Assembly (NCBI GenBank): GCA_964016885.1
Contig: OZ024740.1
Coordinates: forward strand, 434,372,001-434,436,000
DNA: 64,000 bases
Origin: Eledone cirrhosa
Lineage: Eukaryota
Direction: 5' to 3'
Shown here: positions 15,901-29,320 of the stretch, one piece after another
How the letters are laid out: every line of letters starts with the position of its first letter
How positions within the stretch are numbered: position 1 is the first letter of the stretch
The notes under the pieces: model-generated
Databases searched by the model: none
Told to the model about the DNA's origin: nothing
The model's input: the letters and a program-made list of their open reading frames with translations, nothing else
Position numbers and translations under genes: made by a program

Positions 15901-18900
15901 ACTGTTGGTCATTGACATGGTGTATGTCATGGCTGTGATTGTTGTTCATTAACATGGTGTATGTCATGGCTGTGACTGTTGGTCATTGACATGGTGTATG
16001 TCATGGCTGTGACTGTTGGTCATTGACATGGTGTGTGTCATGGCTGTGACTTGTTGGTCATTAACATGGTGTATGTCATGGCTGTGACTGTTGGTCATTG
16101 ACATGGTATATGTCATGGCTGTGACTGTTGGTCATTGACATGGTGTATGTCATGGCTGTGATTGTTGGTCATTGACATGGTGTATTTCATGGCTGTGATT
16201 GTTGGTCATTAACATGGTGTATGTCATGGCTGTGACTGTTGGTCATTGACATGGTGTATGTCATGGCTGTAATTGTTGGTCATTAACATGGTGTATGTCA
16301 TGGCTGTGACTGTTGGTCATTGACATGGTGTATGTCATGGCTGTGACTGTTGGTCATTGACATGGTGTATATCATGGCTGTGATTGTTGGTCATTGACAT
16401 GGTGTATGCCATGGCTGTGACTTATTGGTCATTGACATGGTGTATTTCATGGCTGTGATTGGTGGTCATTGACATGGAGTACGTCATGGCTGTGATTGTT
16501 TTTCATTGACATGGTGTATGTCATGGCTGTGACTTATTGGTCATTGGCATGGTGTATGTCATGGCTGTGACTTATTGGTCATTGACATGGTGTATGTCAT
16601 GGCTGTGACTTATTGGTCATTGGCATGGTGTATGTCATGGCTTTGACTGTTGGTCATTGACATGGTGTATGTCATGGCTGTGACTTGTTGGTCATTGACA
16701 TGGTGTATGTCATGGCTGTGACCTGTTGGTCATTGACATGGTGTATGTCATGGCTGTGATTGTTGGTCATTGACATGCTTTATGTCATGGCTGTGACCTA
16801 TTGGTCATTGACATGCTGATTGTTGGTCATTGACATGGTGTATGTCATGCCCGTTACTGTTGGTCATTGACATGGCTGTGACTGTTGGTCATTGACATGG
16901 TGTATGTCATGGCAGTGATTGTTGGTCATAGACATGGTGTATGTCATGGCTGTGATTGATGGTCAATGACATGGTGTATGTCATCACCGTGACTTGTTGG
17001 TCATTGACATGGTGTATGTCATGGCTGTGACTGTTGATCATTGACATGGTGTATGTCATGGCTGTGACTTGTTGGTCATTGAGATGGTGTATGGCATGGC
17101 TATGACATGGTGTATGTCATGGTCGTGACTTGTTGGTCATTGACATGGTGTATGTCATGGCTGTGACTTCTTGGTCATTGCCATGGTGTATATCATCACT
17201 GTAACTTGTTGGTCATTGACATGGTGTATGTCATGTCTGTGAATGTCGGACATTGACATGGTGTATGTCATGGCTGTGACTTGTTGGTCATTGACATGGT
17301 GTATGTCATGGCTGAGACTTGTTGGTCATTGACATGTATGTCATGGCTCTAATTTGTTGGTCATTGACATGTTGTATGTCATGGCTGTGATTGTTGGTCA
17401 TTGAGATGGTCTATGTCATGGCTGTGATTGTTGGTCATTGACATGGTCTATGTCATGGCTGTGATTGTTGGTCATTGACACGGTGTATGTCATGGCTGTG
17501 ACTGTTGGTCATTGACATGGTGTATGTCATGACCGTGACTTGTTGGTCATTGATATGGTGTATGTCATGACTGTGACTTCTTGGTCATTGACATGGTGTA
17601 TGTCATGGCTGTGACTTGTTGGTCCTTGACATGGTGTATGTCATGGCTGTGACTTGTTGGTCATTGATATGGTGTATGTCATGGCTGAGACTTATTGGTC
17701 ATTGACATGGTGTATGTCATGGCTGTCATTGTTGGTCATTGACATGCTGTATGTCATGGCTGTGATTTTTGGTCATTGACATGGTGTATGTCATGGCTGT
17801 GACTGTTGGTCATTGACATGGTATATGTCATGGCTGTGACTTGTTGGTCATTGACATAGTATATGTCATGGCCGTGACTGTTGGTCATTGACATGGTGTA
17901 TGTCATGACTGTGACTTGTTGGTCATTGACATGATGTAAGTCATGGCTGTGACCTGTTGGTTATTGTCATGGCTGTGACTTGTTGGTCATTGACATGGTG
18001 TATATCATGGCTGTGTCTTGCTGGTCATTGACATGTTGTATGCCATGGCTGTGACTTGTTGGTCATTGACATGGTGTATGTCATTGCTGTGACTTGTTGG
18101 TCATTGACATGATGTATGTCACGACTGTGACATGTTGGTCATTGACATGGTGTATGTCATGGCTGTGACTTGTTGGTAATTGACATGGTGTATGTCATGG
18201 TTGTGATTGTTGGTCATTGACATGGTGTATGTCATGGCTGTGACTTGTTGGTCATTGACATGGTGTATGTCATGGCTGTGACTTGTTGGTCATTGACATG
18301 GTTGTCTATGGTTGGTCATTGATATCCTGTATGTCATGACTGTGACTTGTTTGTCATTGACATGGTGTATGTCATGGCTGTGACTTGTTGGTAATTGACA
18401 TGGTGTATGTCATGGTTGTGAGTGTTGGTCATTGACATGGTGTATGTCATGGCTGTGACTTGATCGTCATTGACACGGTGTATGTCATGGCTGTGACTTG
18501 TTCGTCATTGACATGGTGTATGTCATGGCTGTGACTTGTTGGTCATTGACATGGTGTATGTCATGGTTGTGACTGTTGGTCATTGACATGGTGTATGCCA
18601 TGGCTGTGATTTTTGGTCATTGACATGGTTGTCTATTGTTGGTCATTGAGATCGTGTATGTCATGACTGTGACTTGTTTGTCATTGACATGGTGTATGTC
18701 ATGGCTGTGACTTGTTGGTCATTGACATGGTGTATGTCATGGCTGTGATTGTTGATCAGTGACATGGTGTATACCATCACTTTGACTTGTTTGTCATTGA
18801 CATGGTGTATGTCATGGCTGTGACTTGTTTGTCATTGATATCGTGTATGTATGACTGACTTGTTGGTCATTGACATGGTGTATGTCATGGCTGTGACTTA

Positions 18901-21900
18901 TTGGTCATTGACATGGTGTATGTCATGGCTGTGACTTGTTGGTCATTGACATGGTGTATGTCATGGCTGTGACTTGTTGTTCATTGACATGGTGTATGTC
19001 ATGGCTGTGACTTGTTGGTCATTGACATGGTGTATGTCATGGCTGTGATTGTTGGTCATTGACATGGTGTATATCATCACTGTGACTTGTTTGTCATTGA
19101 CATGGTGTATGTAATGGCTGTGACTTGTTGGTCATTGATATGGTGTATGTCATGGCGGTGACTTGTTGGTCATTGACATGGTGTATATAATCACTGTGAC
19201 TTTTGGTCATTGACATGGTGTATGTCATGGATGTGATTGTTGTTCATTGACATGGTGTATACCATGCCCGTTACTGTTGGTCATTGACATGGTGTATGTC
19301 ATGGCTGTGACTTGAAGGGTCATTGACATGTATGTCATGGCTGTGATTGTTGTTCATTGACTTAGTGTATGTCATGGCTGTGACTTGTTGGTCATTGACA
19401 TGGTGTATGTCATGGCTGTGACTCTTGGTTATTGACATGGTGTATGTCATGGCTGTGACTTGTTGGTCATTGACATGGTGTATGTCATGGCTGTGACTTG
19501 TTGGTCATTGACATCTATGTCATGGCTCTGACTTGTTGGTTATTGACATGGTGTATATCATGGCGGTGATTGTTGGTTATTGGCATGGTGTATGTCATGG
19601 CTGTGATTGGTGGTCAGTGACATGGTGTATGTCATGGCTGTGACTTGTTGGTCATTAACATGGTGTATGTCATGGCTGTGACTGTTGGTCATTGACATGG
19701 TGTATGTCATGGCTGTGATTGTTGGTCATTAACATGGTGTATGCTATGGCTGTGATTGTTGGTCATTAACATGGTGTATGTCATGGCTGTGACTGTTGGT
19801 CATTGACATGGTGTATGTCATGGCTGTGACTGTTGGTCATTGACATGGTGTATGTCATGGCTGTGACTGTTGGTCATTGACATGGTGTATGTCATGGCTG
19901 TGATTGTTGGTCATTAACATGGTGTATGTCATGGCTGTGACTGTTGGTCATTGACATGGTGTATGTCATGGCTGTGACTGTTGGTCATTGACATGGTGTA
20001 TGTCATGGCTGTGACTGTTGGTCATTGACATGGTGTATGTCATGGCTGTGACTGTTGGTCATTGACATGGTGTATGTCATGACTGTGATTGTTGGTCATT
20101 GACATGGTGTATGTCATGGCTGTGACTTGTTGGTCATTGACATGGTGTATGTCATGGCTGTGACTTGTTGGTCATTGACATGGTGTATGTAATTCCTGTA
20201 ACTTGTTGGTCATTGACATGGTGTATGTCATGGCTGTGATTGTTGGTCAGTGACATGGTGTATATCATCACTTTGACTTGTTTGTCATTGACATGGTGTA
20301 TGTCATGGCTGTGACTTGTTGGTCATTGATATGGTGTATGTATGACTGACTTGTTGGTCATTGACATGGTGTATGTCATGGCTGTGATTGTTGGTCATTG
20401 ACATGCTGTATGTCATGGCTGTGATTTTTGGTCATTGACATGCTGTATGTCATGGCTGTGACTGTTGGTCATTGACATGGTATATGTCATGGCTGTGACT
20501 TGTTGGTCATTGACATAGTGTATGTCATGGCCGTGACTGTTGGTCATTGACATGGTGTATTTCATGGCTGTGATTGGTGGTCATTGACATGGAGTACGTC
20601 ATGGCTGTGATTGTTTTTCATTGACATGGTGTATGTCATGGCTGTGACTTATTGGTCATTGGCATGGTGTATGTCATGGCTGTGACTTATTGGTCATTAA
20701 CATGATGTATGTCATGGCTGTGACTTATTGGTCATTGACATGGTGTATGTCATGGCTGTGACTTATTGGTCATTGGCATGGTGTATGTCATGGCTTTGAC
20801 TGTTGGTCATTGACATGGTGTATGTCATGGCTGTGACTTGTTGGTCATTGACATGGTGTATGTCATGGCTGTGACCTGTTGGTCATTGACATGGTGTATG
20901 TCATGGCTGTGATTGTTGGTCATTGACATGCTTTATGTCATGGCTGTGACCTATTGGTCATTGACATGCTGATTGTTGGTCATTGACATGGTGTATGTCA
21001 TGCCCGTTACTGTTGGTCATTGACATGGCTGTGACTGTTGGTCATTGACATGGTGTATGTCATGGCAGTGATTGTTGGTCATAGACATGGTGTATGTCAT
21101 GGCTGTGATTGATGGTCAATGACATGGTGTATGTCATCACCGTGACTTGTTGGTCATTGACATGGTGTATGTCATGGCTGTGACTGTTGATCATTGACAT
21201 GGTGTATGTCATGGCTGTGACTTGTTGGTCATTGAGATGGTGTATGGCATGGCTATGACATGGTGTATGTCATGGTCGTGACTTGTTGGTCATTGACATG
21301 GTGTATGTCATGGCTGTGACTTCTTGGTCATTGCCATGGTGTATATCATCACTGTAACTTGTTGGTCATTGACATGGTGTATGTCATGTCTGTGAATGTC
21401 GGACATTGACATGGTGTATGTCATGGCTGTGACTTGTTGGTCATTGACATGGTGTATGTCATGGCTGAGACTTGTTGGTCATTGACATGTATGTCGTGGC
21501 TCTAATTTGTTGGTCATTGACATGTTGTATGTCATGGCTGTGATTGTTGGTCATTGAGATGGTCTATGTCATGGCTGTGATTGTTGGTCATTGACATGGT
21601 CTATGTCATGGCTGTGATTGTTGGTCATTGACACGGTGTATGTCATGGCTGTGACTGTTGGTCATTGACATGGTGTATGTCATGACCGTGACTTGTTGGT
21701 CATTGATATGGTGTATGTCATGACTGTGACTTCTTGGTCATTGACATGGTGTATGTCATGGCTGTGACTTGTTGGTCCTTGACATGGTGTATGTCATGGC
21801 TGTGACTTGTTGGTCATTGATATGGTGTATGTCATGGCTGAGACTTATTGGTCATTGACATGGTGTATGTCATGGCTGTCATTGTTGGTCATTGACATGC

Positions 21901-24900
21901 TGTATGTCATGGCTGTGATTTTTGGTCATTGACATGGTGTATGTCATGGCTGTGACTGTTGGTCATTGACATGGTATATGTCATGGCTGTGACTTGTTGG
22001 TCATTGACATAGTATATGTCATGGCCGTGACTGTTGGTCATTGACATGGTGTATGTCATGACTGTGACTTGTTGGTCATTGACATGATGTAAGTCATGGC
22101 TGTGACCTGTTGGTTATTGTCATGGCTGTGACTTGTTGGTCATTGACATGGTGTATATCATGGCTGTGTCTTGCTGGTCATTGACATGTTGTATGCCATG
22201 GCTGTGACTTGTTGGTCATTGACATGGTGTATGTCATTGCTGTGACTTGTTGGTCATTGACATGATGTATGTCACGACTGTGACATGTTGGTCATTGACA
22301 TGGTGTATGTCATGGCTGTGACTTGTTGGTAATTGACATGGTGTATGTCATGGTTGTGATTGTTGGTCATTGACATGGTGTATGTCATGGCTGTGACTTG
22401 TTGGTCATTGACATGGTGTATGTCATGGCTGTGACTTGTTGGTCATTGACATGGTTGTCTATGGTTGGTCATTGATATCCTGTATGTCATGACTGTGACT
22501 TGTTTGTCATTGACATGGTGTATGTCATGGCTGTGACTTGTTGGTAATTGACATGGTGTATGTCATGGTTGTGAGTGTTGGTCATTGACATGGTGTATGT
22601 CATGGCTGTGACTTGATCGTCATTGACACGGTGTATGTCATGGCTGTGACTTGTTCGTCATTGACATGGTGTATGTCATGGCTGTGACTTGTTGGTCATT
22701 GACATGGTGTATGTCATGGTTGTGACTGTTGGTCATTGACATGGTGTATGCCATGGCTGTGATTTTTGGTCATTGACATGGTTGTCTATTGTTGGTCATT
22801 GAGATCGTGTATGTCATGACTGTGACTTGTTTGTCATTGACATGGTGTATGTCATGGCTGTGACTTGTTGGTCATTGACATGGTGTATGTCATGGCTGTG
22901 ATTGTTGATCAGTGACATGGTGTATACCATCACTTTGACTTGTTTGTCATTGACATGGTGTATGTCATGGCTGTGACTTGTTGGTCATTGATATGGTGTA
23001 TGTATGACTGACTTGTTGGTCATTGACATGGTGTATGTCATGGCTGTGACTTATTGGTCATTGACATGGTGTATGTCATGGCTGTGACTTGTTGGTCATT
23101 GACATGGTGTATGTCATGGCTGTGACTTGTTGTTCATTGACATGGTGTATGTCATGGCTGTGACTTGTTGGTCATTGACATGGTGTATGTCATGGCTGTG
23201 ATTGTTGGTCATTGACATGGTGTATATCATCACTGTGACTTGTTTGTCATTGACATGGTGTATGTAATGGCTGTGACTTGTTGGTCATTGATATGGTGTA
23301 TGTCATGGCGGTGACTTGTTGGTCATTGACATGGTGTATATAATCACTGTGACTTTTGGTCATTGACATGGTGTATGTCATGGATGTGATTGTTGTTCAT
23401 TGACATGGTGTATATCATGCCCGTTACTGTTGGTCATTGACATGGTGTATGTCATGGCTGTGACTTGAAGGGTCATTGACATGTATGTCATGGCTGTGAT
23501 TGTTGTTCATTGACTTAGTGTATGTCATGGCTGTGACTTGTTGGTCATTGACATGGTGTATGTCATGGCTGTGACTCTTGGTTATTGACATGGTGTATGT
23601 CATGGCTGTGACTTGTTGGTCATTGACATGGTGTATGTCATGGCTGTGACTTGTTGGTCATTGACATCTATGTCATGGCTCTGACTTGTTGGTTATTGAC
23701 ATGGTGTATATCATGGCGGTGATTGTTGGTTATTGGCATGGTGTATGTCATGGCTGTGATTGGTGGTCAGTGACATGGTGTATGTCATGGCTGTGACTTG
23801 TTGGTCATTAACATGGTGTATGTCATGGCTGTGACTGTTGGTCATTGACATGGTGTATGTCATGGCTGTGATTGTTGGTCATTAACATGGTGTATGCTAT
23901 GGCTGTGATTGTTGGTCATTAACATGGTGTATGTCATGGCTGTGACTGTTGGTCATTGACATGGTGTATGTCATGGCTGTGACTGTTGGTCATTGACATG
24001 GTGTATGTCATGGCTGTGACTGTTGGTCATTGACATGGTGTATGTCATGGCTGTGATTGTTGGTCATTAACATGGTGTATGTCATGGCTGTGACTGTTGG
24101 TCATTGACATGGTGTATGTCATGGCTGTGACTGTTGGTCATTGACATGGTGTATGTCATGGCTGTGACTGTTGGTCATTGACATGGTGTATGTCATGGCT
24201 GTGACTGTTGGTCATTGACATGGTGTATGTCATGACTGTGATTGTTGGTCATTGACATGGTGTATGTCATGGCTGTGACTTGTTGGTCATTGACATGGTG
24301 TATGTCATGGCTGTGACTTGTTGGTCATTGACATGGTGTATGTAATTCCTGTAACTTGTTGGTCATTGACATGGTGTATGTCATGGCTGTGATTGTTGGT
24401 CAGTGACATGGTGTATATCATCACTTTGACTTGTTTGTCATTGACATGGTGTATGTCATGGCTGTGACTTGTTGGTCATTGATATGGTGTATGTATGACT
24501 GACTTGTTGGTCATTGACATGGTGTATGTCATGGCTGTGATTGTTGGTCATTGACATGCTGTATGTCATGGCTGTGATTTTTGGTCATTGACATGCTGTA
24601 TGTCATGGCTGTGACTGTTGGTCATTGACATGGTATATGTCATGGCTGTGACTTGTTGGTCATTGACATAGTGTATGTCATGGCCGTGACTGTTGGTCAT
24701 TGACATGGTGTATGTCATGGCTGTGATTGTTCGTCATTGACATGGTGTATGTCATGACTGTGACTTGTTGGTCATTGACATGATGTAAGTCATGGCTGTG
24801 ACCTGTTGGTTATTGTCATGGCTGTGACTTGTTGGTCATTGACATGGTGTATATCATGGCTGTGTCTTGCTGGTCATTGACATGTTGTATGCCATGGCTG

Positions 24901-27900
24901 TGACTTGTTGGTCATTGACATGGTGTATGTCATTGCTGTGACTTGTTGGTCATTGACATGGTGTATGTCACGACTGTGACATGTTGGTCATTGACATGGT
25001 GTATGTCATGGCTGTGACTTGTTGGTAATTGACATGGTGTATGTCATGGCTGTGACTTGATCGTCATTGACACGGTGTATGTCATGGCTGTGACTTGTTC
25101 GTCATTGACATGGTGTATGTCATGGCTGTGACTTGTTGGTCATTGACATGGTGTATGTCATGGTTGTGACTGTTGGTCATTGACATGGTGTATGCCATGG
25201 CTGTGATTTTTGGTCATTGACATGGTTGTCTATTGTTGGTCATTGAGATCGTGTATGTCATGACTGTGACTTGTTTGTTTTTGACATGGTGTATGTCATG
25301 GCTGTGACTGTTGGTCATTGATATGGTGTATGTCATGACTGTGATTGTTGGTCATTGACATGGTGTATGTCATGGCTGTGACTTGTTGGTCATTGACATG
25401 GTGTATGTAATTCCTGTAACTTGTTGGTCATTGACATGGTGTATGTCATGGCTGTGATTGTTGGTCAGTGACATGGTGTATATCATCACTTTGACTTGTT
25501 TGTCATTGACATGGTGTATGTCATGGCTGTGACTTGTTGGTCATTGATATGGTGTATGTATGACTGACTTGTTGGTCATTGACATGGTGTATGTCATGGC
25601 TGTGATTATTGGTCATTGCCATGGTGTATGTCATGGCTGTGACTTGTTGGTCATTGACATGGTGTATGTCATAGCTGTGATTGTTGGTCAGTGACATGGT
25701 GTATATCATCACTTTGACTTGTTTGTCATTGACATGGTGTATGTCATGGCTGTGACTTGTTGGTCATTGATATGGTGTATGTATGACTGACTTGTTGGTC
25801 ATTGACATGGTGTATGTCATGGCTGTTACTTATTGGTCATTGACATGGTGTATGTCATGGCTGTGACTTGTTGGTCATTGACATGGTGTATGTCATGGCT
25901 GTGACTTGTTGTTCATTGACATGGTGTATGTCATGGCTGTGATTGTTGGTCATTGACATGGTCTATGTCATGGCTGTGATTGTTGGTCATTGACACGGTG
26001 TATGTCATGGCTGTGACTGTTGGTCATTGACATGGTGTATGTCATGACTGTGACTTGTTGGTCATTGATATGGTGTATGTCATGACTGTGACTTCTTGGT
26101 CATTGACATGGTGTATGTCATGGCTGTGACTTCTTGGTCATTGACATGGTGTATGTCATGGCTGTGACTTGTTGGTCATTGATATGGTGTATGTCATGGC
26201 TGTGACTTGTTGGTCATTGATATGGTGTATGTATGACTGACTTGGTCATTGACATGGTGTATGTCATGGCTGTTACTTATTGGTCATTGACATGGTGTAT
26301 GTCATGGCTGTGACTTGTTGGTCATTGACATGGTGTATGTCATGGCTGTGACTTGTTGTTCATTTACATGGTGTATGTCATGGCTGTGACTTGTTGGTCA
26401 TTGACATGGTGTATGTCATGGCTGTGATTGTTGGTCATGACATGGTGTATATCATCACTGTGACTTGTTTGTCATTGACATGGTGTATGTAATGGCTGTG
26501 ACTTGTTGGTCATTGACATGGTGTATATAATCACTGTGACTTTTTGTCATTGACATGGTGTATGTCATGGCTGTGATTGTTGGTCATTGACATGGTGTAT
26601 ATCATGCCCGTTACTGTTGGTCATTGACATGGTGTATCTCATGGCTGTGACTTGTTCGTCATTGACTTGGTGTATGTCATGGCTGTGACTTGAAGGGTCA
26701 TTGACATGTATGTCATGGCTGTGATTGTTGTTCATTGACATAGTGTATGTCATGGCTGTGACTTGTTGGTCATTGACATGGTGTATGTCATGGCTGTGAC
26801 TCTTGGTCATTGACAGGGTGTATGTCATGGCTGTGACTTGGTGGTCATTGACATGGTGTATGTCATGGCTGTGACTTGTTGGTCATTGACATCTATGTCA
26901 TGGCTGTGACTTGTTGGTTATTGACATGGTGTATATCATGCCGGTGATTGTTGGTTATTGGCATGGTGTATGTCATGGCAGTGATTGTTGGTCATTGACA
27001 TGGTGTATGTCATGGCTGTGATTGGTGGTCAGTGACATGGTGTATGTCATGGCTGTGACTTGTTGGTCATTGACATAGTGTATGTCATGGCCGTGACTGT
27101 TAGTCATTGACATGGTGTATGTCATGGCTGTGACTTGTTGGTCATTGACATGGTGTATGTCATGGCTGACTTGTTGGTCATTGACATGGTGTATGTCATG
27201 GCCGTGACTTGTTGGTCATTGACATGATGTATGTCATGGCTGTGACCTGTTGGTTATTGACATGGAGTATGTCATGGCTGTGACTTGTCGGTCATTGACA
27301 TGGTGTATATCATGGCTGTGACTTGCTCGTCATTGACATGGTGTATGTCATGGCTGTGTCTTGCTGGTCATTGACATGGTGTATGCCATGGCTGTGACTT
27401 GTTGGTCATTGACATGGTGTATGTCACGACTGTGACATGTTGGTCATTGACATGGTGTATGTCATGGCTGTGACTTGTTGGTCATTGACATGGTGTATGT
27501 CATGGCTGTGACTTGTTGGTCATTGACATGGTGTATGTCATGGTTGTGATTGGTGGTCATTGGCATGGTGTATTTCATTGTTGTGACTTGTTGGTCATTG
27601 ACATGGTTTATGTCATGGCTGTGACTTGTTGGTCATTGACATGGTGTATGTCATGGCTGTGACTTGTTGGTCATTGACGTGGTGTATGCCATGGCTGTGA
27701 TTTTTGGTCATTGACATGGTTGTCTATTGTTGGTCATTGAGATCGTGTATGTCATGACTGTGACTTGTTTGTCATTGACATGGTGTATGTCATGGCTGTG
27801 ACTGTTGGTCATTGACATGGTATATGTCATGGCTGTGACTTGTTGGTCATTGACATGGTGTATGTCATGGCTGCGACTTGTTGGTCATTGGCATGGTGTA

Positions 27901-29320
27901 TGTCATGGCTGTGACTTGTTGGTCATTCAAGTGGTGTATGTCATGACTGACCTGTTGGTCATTGACATTGTGTATGTCATGGCTGTGACTAGTTGGTCAT
28001 TGACATGGTGTATGTCATGGTTGTGACTAGTTGGTCATTGACATGGTGTATGTCATGGTTGTGACCTGTTGGTCATTGACATGAAGTATGTCATGCTGTA
28101 TGTCATGGCTGCGATTTTTGGTCATTGACATGGTGTATGTCATGGCTGTGACTTGTTGGTCATTGACATGGTGTATGTCATGGCTGTGACTCGTTGGTCA
28201 TTGACATGGTGTATGTCATGGTTGTGACCTGTTGGTCATTGACTTGAAGTATGTCATGACTGACTTGTTGGTTATTGACATAGTGTATGTCATGGCTGTG
28301 ACTTGCTCGTCATTGACATGGTGTATGTCACGGCTGTGTCTTGCCGGTCATTGACATGGTGTTTGTCATGACTGTTACTTGTTGGACATTGACATGGTGT
28401 ATGTTATTGACATGGTGTGTGTCATGGCTCTGACTTGTTGGTAATTGACATGGTGTATATCATGGCTGTGACTTGTTGGTCATTGACATGGTGTATGTCA
28501 TGGTTGTGATTGTTGGTCATTGACATAGTATATGTCATGGCTGTGATTGTTGGTCATTGACATGGTGTATGTCATGGCTGTGATTGCCGTCATTGACATG
28601 GTGTATGTCATGGCTGTGATTGCGGTCATTGACATGGTGTATGTCATGGCTGTGACTTGTTGGTCATTGACGTGGTGTATGTCATGGCTGTGACGTGTTG
28701 GTCATTGACATGGCGTATGTCCTGGCTGTGACGTGTTGGTCATTGACATGGCGTATGTCCTGGCTGTGACTTGTTGGTCATTGACATGGTGTATGTCATG
28801 GCTGTGACTTGTTGGTCATTGACATGGTGTATGTCATGACTGTTACTTGTTGGTCATTGACATGGTGTATGTCACGACTGTGACATGTTGGTCATTGACA
28901 TGGTGTATGTCATGGCTGTGACTTGTTGGTAATTGACATGGTGTATATCATGGCTGTGACTTGTTGGTCATTGAATTGGTGTATGTCATGGCTGTGACTT
29001 GTTGTTCATTGACATGGTGTATGTCATGGCTGTGATTGTTGGTCATTGACATGGTGTATGTCATAGCTGTGACGTGTTGGTCATTGACATGGTGTATGTC
29101 ATGGTTGTGATTGTTGGTCATTGACATGGTGTATGTCATGACCGTTACTTGTTGGTCATTGACATGGTGTATGTCATGGCTGTGACTTGTTGGTCATTGA
29201 CATGGTGTATGTCATGACTGTTACTTGTTGGTCATTAACATGGTGCATGTCCTGGCTGTGACTTGTTGGTCATTGACATTGTGTATGTCATGGCTGTGAC
29301 ATGGTGTATGTCATGACATG
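992..29320. repeat. Satellite B, 38-bp unit (37- and 35-bp variants), roughly 750 copies, with kb-scale duplicated blocks
   Basis: Consensus GGTGTATGTCATGGCTGTGACTTGTTGGTCATTGACAT repeated head-to-tail in one orientation. Diagnostic variants (TTGAAGGGTC, GCCCGTTACT, TATCATCACT, GGAGTACGTC) recur in ordered blocks. Confidence 0.98.

Noticed and set aside
1244-29139. Many short His/Thr/Met-rich ORFs
   Set aside because: Translations of satellite B in alternating 37/38-bp registers.
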